A DNA stretch of 64,000 nucleotides from contig CAIKZC010000010.1 in the NCBI GenBank assembly GCA_903831815.1, positions 14,914 through 78,913 on the forward strand, read 5' to 3'. The notes below the pieces were generated by a model that had not been told where the DNA came from, did not search any database, and saw only the letters and a list, made by a program, of their open reading frames with translations. Each line of letters starts with the position of its first letter. Within the stretch, counting starts at the first letter, position 1. Positions 9,046-18,444 of the stretch are shown here, piece by piece. The stretch is from an uncultured bacterium (lineage in GTDB: Bacteria; Patescibacteriota; Minisyncoccia; Phycocordibacterales; UBA11359). The position numbers and the translations under genes are program-made.

Positions 9046-10673
9046 GTTAACTTTTTACGTCTCAAAAGGGCTTCAAAACCGTCTTTTCCCTTGAAATCTA
9101 CTAGCTTTTTGTTGTTAAAGGTAAGTTCGGTAAACATCATTGCTGCAATATCCCTTTTTTCATTATCAAGAGCGAATTTATAGTACAGGCTCGCACGTTT
9201 GATGAGTTCGGAAAAAGTTGTTACGTATTTGAGCATTTCTTGTGCGGCTTCGCCGTATGCTCCGGCTTTCTGTCTGATCTCATTTAGTTGTCCCATCAGC
9301 CTGTTCTCCTCGGTTTTGGCATCTTCAATGCTCATTGAGTTCGTCCTTAGAAGGGTAATACGATTTTTAGTTAGATAATCCAGATCCGCATAGACTCGCT
9401 TCTCTTGATTGTGAAGATCGTCGAGCTCTTTGTTGCGTTTTATGGTAATCGCATCTATACCTGAGCGTGCTTTGACCTCAAGTTCTCGCAATTCTTCATC
9501 ATCGAAATGCATGCGGTCCATTAGCGACTGTATACTCGCGTGGATATCGCTCTCTTTTAGATTTCTATCTGGGTTATTGCACGTTGCAGCACATCGCAGT
9601 CGATAGTAGCCGATACCCTTTCTTATATAATGACAATATGCACGGCCGCAAGTGCATCGAATCAGTTTTCTGTAAGTTGCGAACTTTTTATTGACGTAAT
9701 ATACCGATACACAACGCGCCTTCAGAACCTCTTGAACCTTATTAAAGAGACTAGTATCTATGAGTGGTTGATGCGCGGTTGAGATTATGAAGCCCTCTTT
9801 TGTTCTGTTCTGGCCTATATAAAATGGGTTAGTTAATATGTGCTCGATCGTTTTGTGTGTCACAGGTCTTGAAATCTTAGGCATCGTTTCGAGTTCTATA
9901 TTGGATAAAATCTGGTCCTCTGTTCTTTTGCCGCGAGAAGGTTTTGTCGTCAGCCCTTGTTCGTTGGCCCATTTACTCAACTCGAGTACACTCCAATCGC
10001 CTGTGGCGTACAATTCAAATATACGCTTTACAATAGGTGCTCGTACTGGGTCTATTGGTTTGTCACCTGATCCATTATCGAGATAGCCGGTAGGAGAGCA
10101 GTTAATGAACTTGCCCTCGGCTCGTAATTTTCTGTTTGTGTTTCTTACTTTTTCACTGATAACTCTAGAGTAGTGGGTAGAGAACATGCCATCGATGTCC
10201 ATGTGTAAGTCACCGGAGCTACTTTTTTCGTAAGTTGTTTCGGAAAATCTAATGTCGCAACCCAGCTTAAGTAACTTTTTGATGATTACGTCATCTTGCC
10301 CGTTGCGACTCGCTCGGTCCCAACATAGGAATATGGCCCCTTTTATTTCTTTATTCTTGAGCATTCCAACAAGTCGCAGAAACTTTGGTCTTTCGATTTT
10401 ATATTGGACAGTGCCGTTCGGCATAATTTCAAAACATTCATCTTCCTTGAAACCGGAATGTCTTTCATTGATAATCCCAGCATTGCAGAAGTTTGGTATT
10501 GTCAGATCGGCTATATTTAATTTTTCTCTTTTTGCGAATCGTAAGTTTGCACCCCTCTGATATTCCAAAGAATTTTTTTGGTTGTCGGCGTCATCTGTAC
10601 TCTTACGGTCGTACACGATGTGCATGTCCCTGAAAGGACTTGATGTTTGTTTTATCTGGTTCTGATTTTTCAT
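8982..10673 (-). CDS. Large serine recombinase LSR1 (C-terminus read from the antisense strand of tRNA-Glu)
   Basis: 'YDRKST' catalytic Ser, 'WDRASRN', recombinase domain, Cys zinc ribbon, coiled coil. Confidence 0.93.
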   Translation of the reverse strand: MKNQNQIKQTSSPFRDMHIVYDRKSTDDADNQKNSLEYQRGANLRFAKREKLNIADLTIPNFCNAGIINERHSGFKEDECFEIMPNGTVQYKIERPKFLRLVGMLKNKEIKGAIFLCWDRASRNGQDDVIIKKLLKLGCDIRFSETTYEKSSSGDLHMDIDGMFSTHYSRVISEKVRNTNRKLRAEGKFINCSPTGYLDNGSGDKPIDPVRAPIVKRIFELYATGDWSVLELSKWANEQGLTTKPSRGKRTEDQILSNIELETMPKISRPVTHKTIEHILTNPFYIGQNRTKEGFIISTAHQPLIDTSLFNKVQEVLKARCVSVYYVNKKFATYRKLIRCTCGRAYCHYIRKGIGYYRLRCAATCNNPDRNLKESDIHASIQSLMDRMHFDDEELRELEVKARSGIDAITIKRNKELDDLHNQEKRVYADLDYLTKNRITLLRTNSMSIEDAKTEENRLMGQLNEIRQKAGAYGEAAQEMLKYVTTFSELIKRASLYYKFALDNEKRDIAAMMFTELTFNNKKLVDFKGKDGFEALLRRKKLTGDSTGNRTPIPALKRPCPNR

Positions 10674-10687
10674 GAATTAGTCGCTAT

Positions 10688-10879
10688 TTACATATTACCG
10701 CATCTCTGGTTTGTTTGTAAGCGCGGTGGCTCGATAATTTGATCATCCTTAATTATGTAGCCTTCTCTCACTAAGCGCATGTGAATTCTCTTTAGTGCGA
10801 CGCCAAGAGCAGTAAGAGCATTGATCTCCATCTCATTGAATTTTTGGTTTTCAGAATTGGGTGTTGATTGTTCCTTCAC
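10688..10879 (-). CDS. Small protein directly upstream of LSR1 (candidate directionality factor)
   Basis: 63 aa, 14 bp upstream of LSR1; position mirrors 19994-20179 before LSR2. Confidence 0.55.
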   Translation of the reverse strand: MKEQSTPNSENQKFNEMEINALTALGVALKRIHMRLVREGYIIKDDQIIEPPRLQTNQRCGNM

Positions 10880-11021
10880 CCTGTTATCCTATACCCGACA
10901 TTTTTATAGAAATGACTATTTTATATGGTCGAATCTGTCATCAATAAACCAGTGAGCAGGCTAAGGAGAGATTGGCCGGAAGTTCACCTTTTTCTAGTGA
11001 GTATTACTCTTTGTTGAGCTT

Positions 11022-11139
11022 TCATACACCTCATACACTATTGTAATTTAGTCCTTTTTTTAAGGGTATTTTGAGTGTATGTTCAAGTGTATGAGAATTT
11101 GTTGTGTATGATGGACATACAGAGGAGATGCTCATACAC
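11022..11139. repeat. Iteron-like cluster (CATACAC/GTGTATG), putative replication origin
   Basis: CATACAC at 11023, 11032 and 11133; GTGTATG at 11075, 11087 and 11104; CATACAG at 11116; AT-rich core 11039-11074. Confidence 0.6.
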
Positions 11140-11157
11140 ACTAAGCATTCACCCAAA

Positions 11158-12588
11158 TTAAGCCATAATCGCAGGGTCTTTTTTATCAGTGAAGGTTGGT
11201 GTAGGCACGATCTCAGTTTTGTTATCAAAGTATCCGCGGTAAACTTTTTCAACCTGTTCTTTTTTGAAAAGATACCGTTCGCCTTTGTTGTCTCTAGGCA
11301 ATTTTTCAGATGATAGATTGAATTTGTGAATAATTTTTCCGACCTGTGCGGATTGTTGCTTTGCCGATTCGGTGTTATCGAAATACATTTCATTTATGCC
11401 GCTTGCAATTTCCTTTGGCCTTAGGACCATGGAATCGATGTTAGTCAGGTTTTCCATCACTTTTTCTATGATCATTCGTTCTAAATCAGATACTTGGTAT
11501 TCGGCAAAATTGTATTGTGATAGGAATTGCTGCTTAGCATTTTGTTGTTCTGTTTCAGGGATATTGAGAACGGAAAACATGACCTCAAAGGGTATCCATA
11601 ACTCAAGTTGTCGGCCTACGAGTTCCGGTTTTTCTTGGTGTTTGTAAGCAGTTTTTGTTTGGTCATATTTAATTTGGGCAAAATTGAAATTGGAGATGAG
11701 TAATTTATATATGTCATTTCGTACGCCTTTCCAAATAGCATTTTCTTCGTCGAGTGGTTTATATATTTTGCTGCTTCTGATGAGTGAAATAATGAGACAC
11801 CGGTCGCGTAGGTCTTCAGGCAGTTGGTTGATCGAGGCAAAGGCTTTTGGCGTATATGCCTGAAATTCTTGTAGGTTCCAGTTCTTACCTTTATCAGCCA
11901 CCATCTTGCGTATATCGCCGCCGCCGCGTTTGTATGAGTCGGTTAAAATATCCAGAAGGTCATCCATGTTTGGTCTGTGTAAGGCATCAGCTTGATCCAT
12001 AAGATACGTGCCTCTCAACGCGTCGACGGTATCTCGCAATGCCGGTAGACTTGCACGAGCCTTGGTGGCGTTAAAACATATCTGGTTTAGGAAACCTAGA
12101 CACTGAGATTTCCCTGAACCTTTAGGGGCTTTTATATGTAGATATGGATACGCGGAGAATATAGGGAAAAAGTATGTACCAATGGCCCATGTGCACATTA
12201 ACGTTGCGTCCGCATCTTCTATGTCCATGTGCTGTTTCAATGCATCTTTAATGTCGGTGTACAGGTGTTGGGAGTTTATTTTATGCGCTGGCGATAGCCA
12301 ATTTTCGCGAAAGTCATCCAGATTTTTTCTGTCTAGCCTCTGAGAGAATTTTGCCAGTTTCCTTTTTTTGACGTCTATGTAATAGGTTTTGCCACTGATC
12401 ACGAATGACGGCTCTTTGGTAATTTGGAATTGACCCTCCGTAGTAGCAACTATGAATATCTCACTTTCTTTATCAATTTTAGGTTTTACTCTAAATCCAA
12501 GCACCAAGACGCCGTTTTTAATATCGAGAGATGGATGGAATGCTGGCTCATCAAAATAGTCTATATCCTGCGTTTTATTTTTGTCCAT
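11158..12588 (-). CDS. P-loop NTPase, DUF3631-like satellite replication protein
   Basis: Walker A 'APKGSGKS' in 'YPYLHIKAPKGSGKSQ', Walker B-like 'TYLMDQAD', 'PKAFASI..LP..LRDRC'. Confidence 0.7.
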   Translation of the reverse strand: MDKNKTQDIDYFDEPAFHPSLDIKNGVLVLGFRVKPKIDKESEIFIVATTEGQFQITKEPSFVISGKTYYIDVKKRKLAKFSQRLDRKNLDDFRENWLSPAHKINSQHLYTDIKDALKQHMDIEDADATLMCTWAIGTYFFPIFSAYPYLHIKAPKGSGKSQCLGFLNQICFNATKARASLPALRDTVDALRGTYLMDQADALHRPNMDDLLDILTDSYKRGGGDIRKMVADKGKNWNLQEFQAYTPKAFASINQLPEDLRDRCLIISLIRSSKIYKPLDEENAIWKGVRNDIYKLLISNFNFAQIKYDQTKTAYKHQEKPELVGRQLELWIPFEVMFSVLNIPETEQQNAKQQFLSQYNFAEYQVSDLERMIIEKVMENLTNIDSMVLRPKEIASGINEMYFDNTESAKQQSAQVGKIIHKFNLSSEKLPRDNKGERYLFKKEQVEKVYRGYFDNKTEIVPTPTFTDKKDPAIMA

Positions 12589-12615
12589 TTTAATCTGTAT
12601 TTAGTTGATAATTTT

Positions 12616-12873
12616 TTAATCTTTCAGCCTGTCTAGTAATTCACGTCTGGCTTGCTCGTAAACGTGAACGTTTACTAACATATCCGGGTTAGCTCGGTCT
12701 CCGAATTTATAAATATCAACTAGGCGCTTCAGTTGGCTATTGTTCACAAACAAAAACTCCTTTTTATTTGGGTTCTCGGTTGCGTCGATTCCTGTGATCG
12801 GTTGGCCTTTGGCTACTAAGAAGCAGGCGAGCGTGAAAGAGCTCTGCCTATATGTTTTATTTGTGTTGTGCAT
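12616..12873 (-). CDS. DUF5659-like small protein
   Basis: 'SSFTLACFLVAKG...KKEFLF' pattern; upstream of the replication protein. Confidence 0.55.
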   Translation of the reverse strand: MHNTNKTYRQSSFTLACFLVAKGQPITGIDATENPNKKEFLFVNNSQLKRLVDIYKFGDRANPDMLVNVHVYEQARRELLDRLKD

Positions 12874-12948
12874 GTCTATTTTTATATAAGAAAATAAGAC
12901 TATTAATAGCCTTATAATATCTGCACTCTCCATATGAAAATGACAGTT

Positions 12949-13722
12949 TTATAGTGGGGGATTTGTCATCTTGTATTTTTCTCTAAACCTCTTTCTTATT
13001 GTTCGTAATTCGTTCACTCTTTTTCTGTCTCTCGCTTCATCATCATTCGTTGCACTTTCCCAGATTTGACCAACTCGATCTAGATCGATAGCGCTATCAT
13101 CTTGTATTTTACCGTCTTCTCCGCGAGTATCATATACTATTCCTTTTGTTGCCCGTATCTCTATGTCTTTCAACGCGATAGATAGGTTATTCATCGAAGC
13201 CTTTGAAAAATTCTGCCTCTTGAAATTCGGCCATAACTTTTTTTGCTGTTTTTTTATCCAGAACCAGGCTTCCGCTATATCATCAACAGAGGTGTCTGGA
13301 TTCAAGGTTAATACAAGCCTCCGTTTCTCCTTTTTGTTTTTCTCGGCTTTTATATATAAATTGTAAATTGGCGGACTGAACCACCAGCTGATTATGAAAT
13401 CTGTTATAGTATTGAACCACTCCTGTCCCAAATCATTTTTATCTAAAAACTCATCAATATCGTTACTTAGTGCGATGGCTTTTTGAGCACTCAGTGAATT
13501 TATAAATGCTGTCCTTTTTGAATAAGCGATCGCATTTTTTCTTTTTACCTCATCATAACTATCACTATCAAAAAACCATCCCATGGGCTTTTTGAGGTGT
13601 TCAGATTTCCACTTGTCTACCAAACCAGTGATTGAGTCACTGAATTTTTTATTGGTATACAATGAGTCCAAGAAAATGAATGAATTCTTGAACAGATTTC
13701 TGTATGTATCTGATTTTTTCAT
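12949..13722 (-). CDS. Hypothetical protein
   Basis: 257-aa basic ORF. Confidence 0.7.
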   Translation of the reverse strand: MKKSDTYRNLFKNSFIFLDSLYTNKKFSDSITGLVDKWKSEHLKKPMGWFFDSDSYDEVKRKNAIAYSKRTAFINSLSAQKAIALSNDIDEFLDKNDLGQEWFNTITDFIISWWFSPPIYNLYIKAEKNKKEKRRLVLTLNPDTSVDDIAEAWFWIKKQQKKLWPNFKRQNFSKASMNNLSIALKDIEIRATKGIVYDTRGEDGKIQDDSAIDLDRVGQIWESATNDDEARDRKRVNELRTIRKRFREKYKMTNPPL

Positions 13723-13946
13723 TTTAATCTTTATCTCAATTTACCAATACTACCTCTACCTTAAGATTTTGTTAAGACAAAGATGGTGATTGCCTGAACA
13801 CCCCGCGACAAAGCCTCAAAAATGCCCAACGGCGCCTCGTTTTGCTCATTTAGCCATTAGTGCCTTACTGTGCCCAAAATGGGACTGAAAGATTGAAAAA
13901 GATGAGAAATTGATTTGTTGAGTAAACTTGATAACTTGAAAAACAA

Positions 13947-14444
13947 TTAACTAGTCAGTTCATCGATATTACTAGGTAACGTAGTCGTGCCGCAATTCTT
14001 GTCATTAAGAATGTTAGCTAAAAAACCAGAGGCTACATCGTCATTTGGGGCTCTCAGAAGTACATGGTAAAAAGCCGCACCTGCGTCAGCACAATTACCA
14101 AGACTATAAAGTGCGAATCCTCTGTGATTCCAAAAGTCTATATCGTTCCAAATTAAATCTTTGTGATTTTTGATACCATAGTCTGTCGCATTAACGACAA
14201 ATTGATAATCTTTATTTTGATTTCCCATAAATAAAAAACTATCACGGTCTGCGGATGATAGTGCGTACAAGTCCGGAGTAGTTGATGTGCTTTCTTGGGT
14301 TATGCTTACGGTTGTACTCGTAGAAGTAGCGCTTGAACTGGATTCCGTTCTTTGTGCTGGTTTTGAATGATAGAAAAGTACAACTAAAACAACAACGAGT
14401 CCTAATGCTATGATGCCGATAATTATTTTATTGTTGTTTTTCAC
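13947..14444 (-). CDS. Membrane-anchored protein with S/T linker and TPR-like domain
   Basis: N-terminal TM, S/T-rich stalk, 'WNHRGFALYSLGNCADAGAAF' TPR-like repeat. Confidence 0.7.
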   Translation of the reverse strand: MKNNNKIIIGIIALGLVVVLVVLFYHSKPAQRTESSSSATSTSTTVSITQESTSTTPDLYALSSADRDSFLFMGNQNKDYQFVVNATDYGIKNHKDLIWNDIDFWNHRGFALYSLGNCADAGAAFYHVLLRAPNDDVASGFLANILNDKNCGTTTLPSNIDELTS

Positions 14445-14549
14445 TTTATTTTATTTTCCTTAACAGTATCTCGCTTAATGAGGAAATAGTCTATTGAGTA
14501 TTCGTAATGATATTTTCAATTAATCTTACAATGCGACTATTCATAGAGG

Positions 14550-15086
14550 CTATTGTGTCCAATCATCTTTCATCACTTTACTAATATAGATCATTGCAGA
14601 ATCGTAGTTAGATATAGAGGGGTTATACATAGGCCAAGTGTCATTTTTGTCGACTGGACCATCTATATTTATCCACCCCGTGTTGCCTTTATCTTTATCT
14701 TCAAATGCATAAGCTAATTCATCTTTTGTTTGGCCGTCATATAGAAATCTTGAGTAACTTCCTTTTGCCTCTAACGACCCCATATCACTAAACTCTACAT
14801 AACAGCGGTTCGTTGCTGGGTTATAATGCGAACTTTGGAGTCGAGAGTATCGGTAGTTGCCGCTTGGTTTGCTATCTGAGATTTTTTGACCAAGAGTAGC
14901 ACATTCTGATCGTAAATTGAATACCTCCGTAGCTGTGGGTAAATTATATACTTTTGTTTGCAAATCTAGATTTTGTTTGTTTACTTTACCTGATTCATTT
15001 TGAGTTTTGATAACGACAATAAGCAGAGCTAGGATGATAATGCCTAGCACCGACTCAAACCAATGTTCTTTGATTAATTTTTTCAT
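14550..15086 (-). CDS. Membrane-anchored hypothetical protein
   Basis: N-terminal TM followed by a soluble domain with two Cys. Confidence 0.7.
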   Translation of the reverse strand: MKKLIKEHWFESVLGIIILALLIVVIKTQNESGKVNKQNLDLQTKVYNLPTATEVFNLRSECATLGQKISDSKPSGNYRYSRLQSSHYNPATNRCYVEFSDMGSLEAKGSYSRFLYDGQTKDELAYAFEDKDKGNTGWINIDGPVDKNDTWPMYNPSISNYDSAMIYISKVMKDDWTQ

Positions 15087-15091
15087 GCCAT

Positions 15092-15922
15092 TTAATTATT
15101 ACAACCCCCAGATAACGATAAGCGGTCGTAAAAACTAACCTGATTACAGTTAGGCCGCATCTGTTGAAGTTGTTGTTGAAATAGTTGTTGCTGTCGCTGT
15201 GCTTCTTGTTGTTGTTTCATTTGATCTAATGAACTCTGTACTTGCTGGAGCTGTTGCTGCTGTTGTTGCTGGAGAAGAATTGTTGCGTTTTGAGAAGATT
15301 GCTCAGCGTAGTTTGTGGTGTTATATGTTGGGAGAAAGATAGGAGCTGATTGTTGTCCAGTGTTCTGGCAAGATGTCCTAGTGCTGTTCCACATGTAGCC
15401 ACTTTTACAGAAACAAACAGGGCCACCACTTTCGTTTTTATTGCCAGAATCTACACTATTTTGGCCATACGAATCTTCGCATATTTGTTGATTTGTTTTT
15501 GGCACTGCTTGTGGCGGAGTCGGTTCGATAATTACGGTCGTCCCGTTTGGAAAAGTTGCGCAGTTACTTTCCAGTGTCGCTCCATTTGGACAGAGTGGAA
15601 CTGAGGCTGGTGCAGGTGTCGAAACTGGAACGGAAGTAAGATCAGGAGTAATTACTGTGTTAGAAACTTGTTTTTTAATAGCAGGTTTATTTTTTATTGT
15701 TGAAGTAGCAGTAGATGTTGCTGTATGCGTTTGTATAGTTACAGTTGTAGTACTTACAGAAGTGGTGGTTGTGGAAATATCTATCGGAGTAAATACGGTT
15801 TGAGGTTTAACTACGTTTGACCCAAACCATGTGAATGGATTCCACCAGGAGGCCATGGCTACGGAGGGAGTAACTACTGCTAGTACAATAATCGCAATAA
15901 ATACTTTGTTTAATTTCTGCAT
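15092..15922 (-). CDS. Secreted T-rich/Cys-rich/poly-Q protein
   Basis: Signal peptide followed by 'ASWWNPFTWF', T-rich linker, EGF-like 'CFCKSGYMWNSTRTSC', Q-rich tail. Confidence 0.75.
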   Translation of the reverse strand: MQKLNKVFIAIIVLAVVTPSVAMASWWNPFTWFGSNVVKPQTVFTPIDISTTTTSVSTTTVTIQTHTATSTATSTIKNKPAIKKQVSNTVITPDLTSVPVSTPAPASVPLCPNGATLESNCATFPNGTTVIIEPTPPQAVPKTNQQICEDSYGQNSVDSGNKNESGGPVCFCKSGYMWNSTRTSCQNTGQQSAPIFLPTYNTTNYAEQSSQNATILLQQQQQQQLQQVQSSLDQMKQQQEAQRQQQLFQQQLQQMRPNCNQVSFYDRLSLSGGCNN

Positions 15923-16024
15923 ATTATTAGGCTAATGATGACTATGTGTACCACTGTACCACATATTTTGTGATACTCATAGTCCGTCGCCTTAAAGTCA
16001 TCACACGCATACGCTTAGAGTGTA

Positions 16025-16249
16025 ATGATGCCTAAAAATAATGCTATATTAAAGAGCTTCGGTAATCGTGTTAGAGATCTCAGAATTGAGAAGGGTATTA
16101 ACTCACAAATTGCTTTGGCTAACAAAGCTGGGCTGGACCGCACATACATTGGCGGTGTAGAGCGTGGAGAGAGAAATGTGGGTCTTAAGAATATCGAAAA
16201 AATTGCCAAAGTTCTCGGCGTAAGTCTCGGTGAACTTTTTAGATTTTGA
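16025..16249 (+). CDS. XRE-family HTH regulator (C-protein-like)
   Basis: '[35 protein letters not shown]'. Confidence 0.9.
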   Translation: MMPKNNAILKSFGNRVRDLRIEKGINSQIALANKAGLDRTYIGGVERGERNVGLKNIEKIAKVLGVSLGELFRF

Positions 16250-16374
16250 TTATCCGTAGTTTATTTCAAAATACTTATACACCGTTGACGTAAGCGTGAA
16301 TAAATGCTATTTTGAATGCGATCGACTCGGGAAGCGTTTTCCTGAGCATAACTGTTCCTTGAAAGGAGATTCAG

Positions 16375-17256
16375 ATGAAGATGATTATAGCGGTATTAGT
16401 TGTGATGTTTGTTTGTGCTGGCAACGTAATGGCTGGGGCATGGACCACCATTAACATACCTGGCGGCGGCACAAACTTGTTTGGGGTCAGTGGAAATAAC
16501 ATGGTTGGTAGTTCCTCTCGAGGTGGTTCATTCTACGATGGAACAAGCTGGGCTACCATTAACTATCCTGGGGCATCGAGTGCGGTCCCGTACGCGATCA
16601 GTGGCAACACTATCGTGGGTGAATACCGCGGAGGTACCCACAGTGGTCCTGGTAAGCAGGGCTATGGTTTCATCTATGACGGAACAAATTGGACCACCGT
16701 GGATGCCCCTGGACCAAACTACACAATTTTGTGCGGTATTTCTGGGAACAACATTGTTGGTCAGTACACCGATGCCTCTGACAACAATCACGGTTATTTC
16801 TACAATGGAACAAGTTGGGCGACCCTGGACTATCCTGGGGCAGGCGCAACATACCTACAAGGCATTTCCGGCACAAACATCGTTGGTTGGGAAGAAGGTG
16901 CTCCTGATGGTGACAACGCCTTTCTGTATGATGGAACGACGTGGAAAACTCTTGATATGCCCGGGGTGAATAGCTGGAGCATAGTTCCACGTGGCATTGA
17001 CGGCAGCAACATCGTTGGTTACTACAGCGCTCCAGACGCCACGCATGGTTTTCTCTACGACGGGACGACCTGGACCACACTTGATTACCCTGGGGCATTG
17101 GATACGATGGTGTATGGCATATCCGGTGGCGACATCGTTGGTGAGTATACTGACAACTCGGGGAACTATGGGTTTCTCTATACTGTTCCCGAACCAGCAA
17201 CACTTGGGCTGCTCAGTTTCGGTTTTCTGGCTCTGGTGCGCAGGCGACGGCGCTGA
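16375..17256 (+). CDS. PEP-CTERM sorting-domain protein with ~45-aa repeats
   Basis: Signal peptide, repeated 'GISGxNIVG..GFLYDGTTWTTLDYPGA', C-terminal 'VPEPATLGLLSFGFLALVRRRRR'. Confidence 0.9.
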   Translation: MKMIIAVLVVMFVCAGNVMAGAWTTINIPGGGTNLFGVSGNNMVGSSSRGGSFYDGTSWATINYPGASSAVPYAISGNTIVGEYRGGTHSGPGKQGYGFIYDGTNWTTVDAPGPNYTILCGISGNNIVGQYTDASDNNHGYFYNGTSWATLDYPGAGATYLQGISGTNIVGWEEGAPDGDNAFLYDGTTWKTLDMPGVNSWSIVPRGIDGSNIVGYYSAPDATHGFLYDGTTWTTLDYPGALDTMVYGISGGDIVGEYTDNSGNYGFLYTVPEPATLGLLSFGFLALVRRRRR

Positions 17257-17361
17257 TCTCGTGTCTTTGTTGGGAACAAAACAAGGCTGGTGGATTCATT
17301 TCCATCGGCCTTTTCTTTTATTTGGGTAATACCTAAGTTAGCCACCCGCTCTGAACATTAA

Positions 17362-17697
17362 TTATAACAAGTGGTCAACAAGCATTCCTTTGTATCTTCT
17401 GCTCCTGTATTCAAGATTTAGGCATTTCCGACAACCAATCTCTGAGTTTAACGGATGCACAAACAACGTACCAACACGTTCACTACATTTTGGGCACTTA
17501 AACCAATACCGCAAACCATTGAATGCGGTTTTAGATGGCGTAAGCTCGATAATCTGATCACTCATTTCAAGTTCGGCTGTTAACAGTACGCCCTTCAGTT
17601 TTGCCTTGGCCTGCCTGATATAGGTTGTGATGTTAATCTTCTGGCAGTCTTCAACCAGCATTTTTTCTCCTAAATCATTTGGGTTGAATGTTTTCAT
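17362..17697 (-). CDS. Zinc-binding hypothetical protein (satellite-associated type)
   Basis: 'RYWFKCPKC...GCRKCLNLEYRSR'. Confidence 0.7.
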   Translation of the reverse strand: MKTFNPNDLGEKMLVEDCQKINITTYIRQAKAKLKGVLLTAELEMSDQIIELTPSKTAFNGLRYWFKCPKCSERVGTLFVHPLNSEIGCRKCLNLEYRSRRYKGMLVDHLL

Positions 17698-18331
17698 GAT
17701 AATTACGATTATCGTTAATCTGCTGATTTTGAGCCACAAAAGCGTTGTGAGTTTTTATGTTCACTTCGAGTTGGGGTTGTTTCAATTGCCTTAAAGCCGT
17801 CATCATTGAAAGGAAGTTTCTGTATGATCTGTCGGCTTGTTTACTAAAGAAAGCGCCACATCTTGTTGAGGCGTCATCTACTTCTTCAACACAATTTAGA
17901 AAATCATTGAGTCGCTTCTGATCATTAATCACTTGTACATGAGCGAGCGCAACAAGCTCGGCTGTGGCTTTCTCAAGAGCAGTGGTGCATTTATAATCTT
18001 TTTCGATTTGTTGGACCACATTTAAGACTAGTGGCGCATATTTTTTACTGACGGAGTGTCTGAGATGGTAGTGATTTTCTAAACCTAAAGCCATCACAAA
18101 CTGATCGGATTGTTCCTGAAGATACTTTTTTGCTTCATCTTTTCCTTTTTTACTACCATCTTTCAGTTTCTGTAAGACGCCAGATATTTCACGAAACAAG
18201 TATTCAGGGTCACATCCGGCATGCATGCTATCACGCACAAACTGTTTGCTTTCCTCGGTGGTAGGGGGTTTTGATAAGGCCTTTGTGGTGTGGTTTTCAT
18301 TTTTATTTTGTATTTTGTTTGATATTGACAT
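17675..18331 (-). CDS. Hypothetical protein (satellite-associated type)
   Basis: Helical protein ending 'LRQLKQPQLEVNIKTHNAFVAQNQQIN'; overlaps the downstream Zn protein. Confidence 0.7.
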   Translation of the reverse strand: MSISNKIQNKNENHTTKALSKPPTTEESKQFVRDSMHAGCDPEYLFREISGVLQKLKDGSKKGKDEAKKYLQEQSDQFVMALGLENHYHLRHSVSKKYAPLVLNVVQQIEKDYKCTTALEKATAELVALAHVQVINDQKRLNDFLNCVEEVDDASTRCGAFFSKQADRSYRNFLSMMTALRQLKQPQLEVNIKTHNAFVAQNQQINDNRNYHENIQPK

Positions 18332-18444
18332 GCATTTATCGTGATATACTGTGTTTTGTTAAGTCGTTTATGCCGCGGATGTTAGCTGCTTATTGCTAAG
18401 TGTGAGTTTGTCCAGGAACTTTAGACGGCTGAGTTTATCCATGC

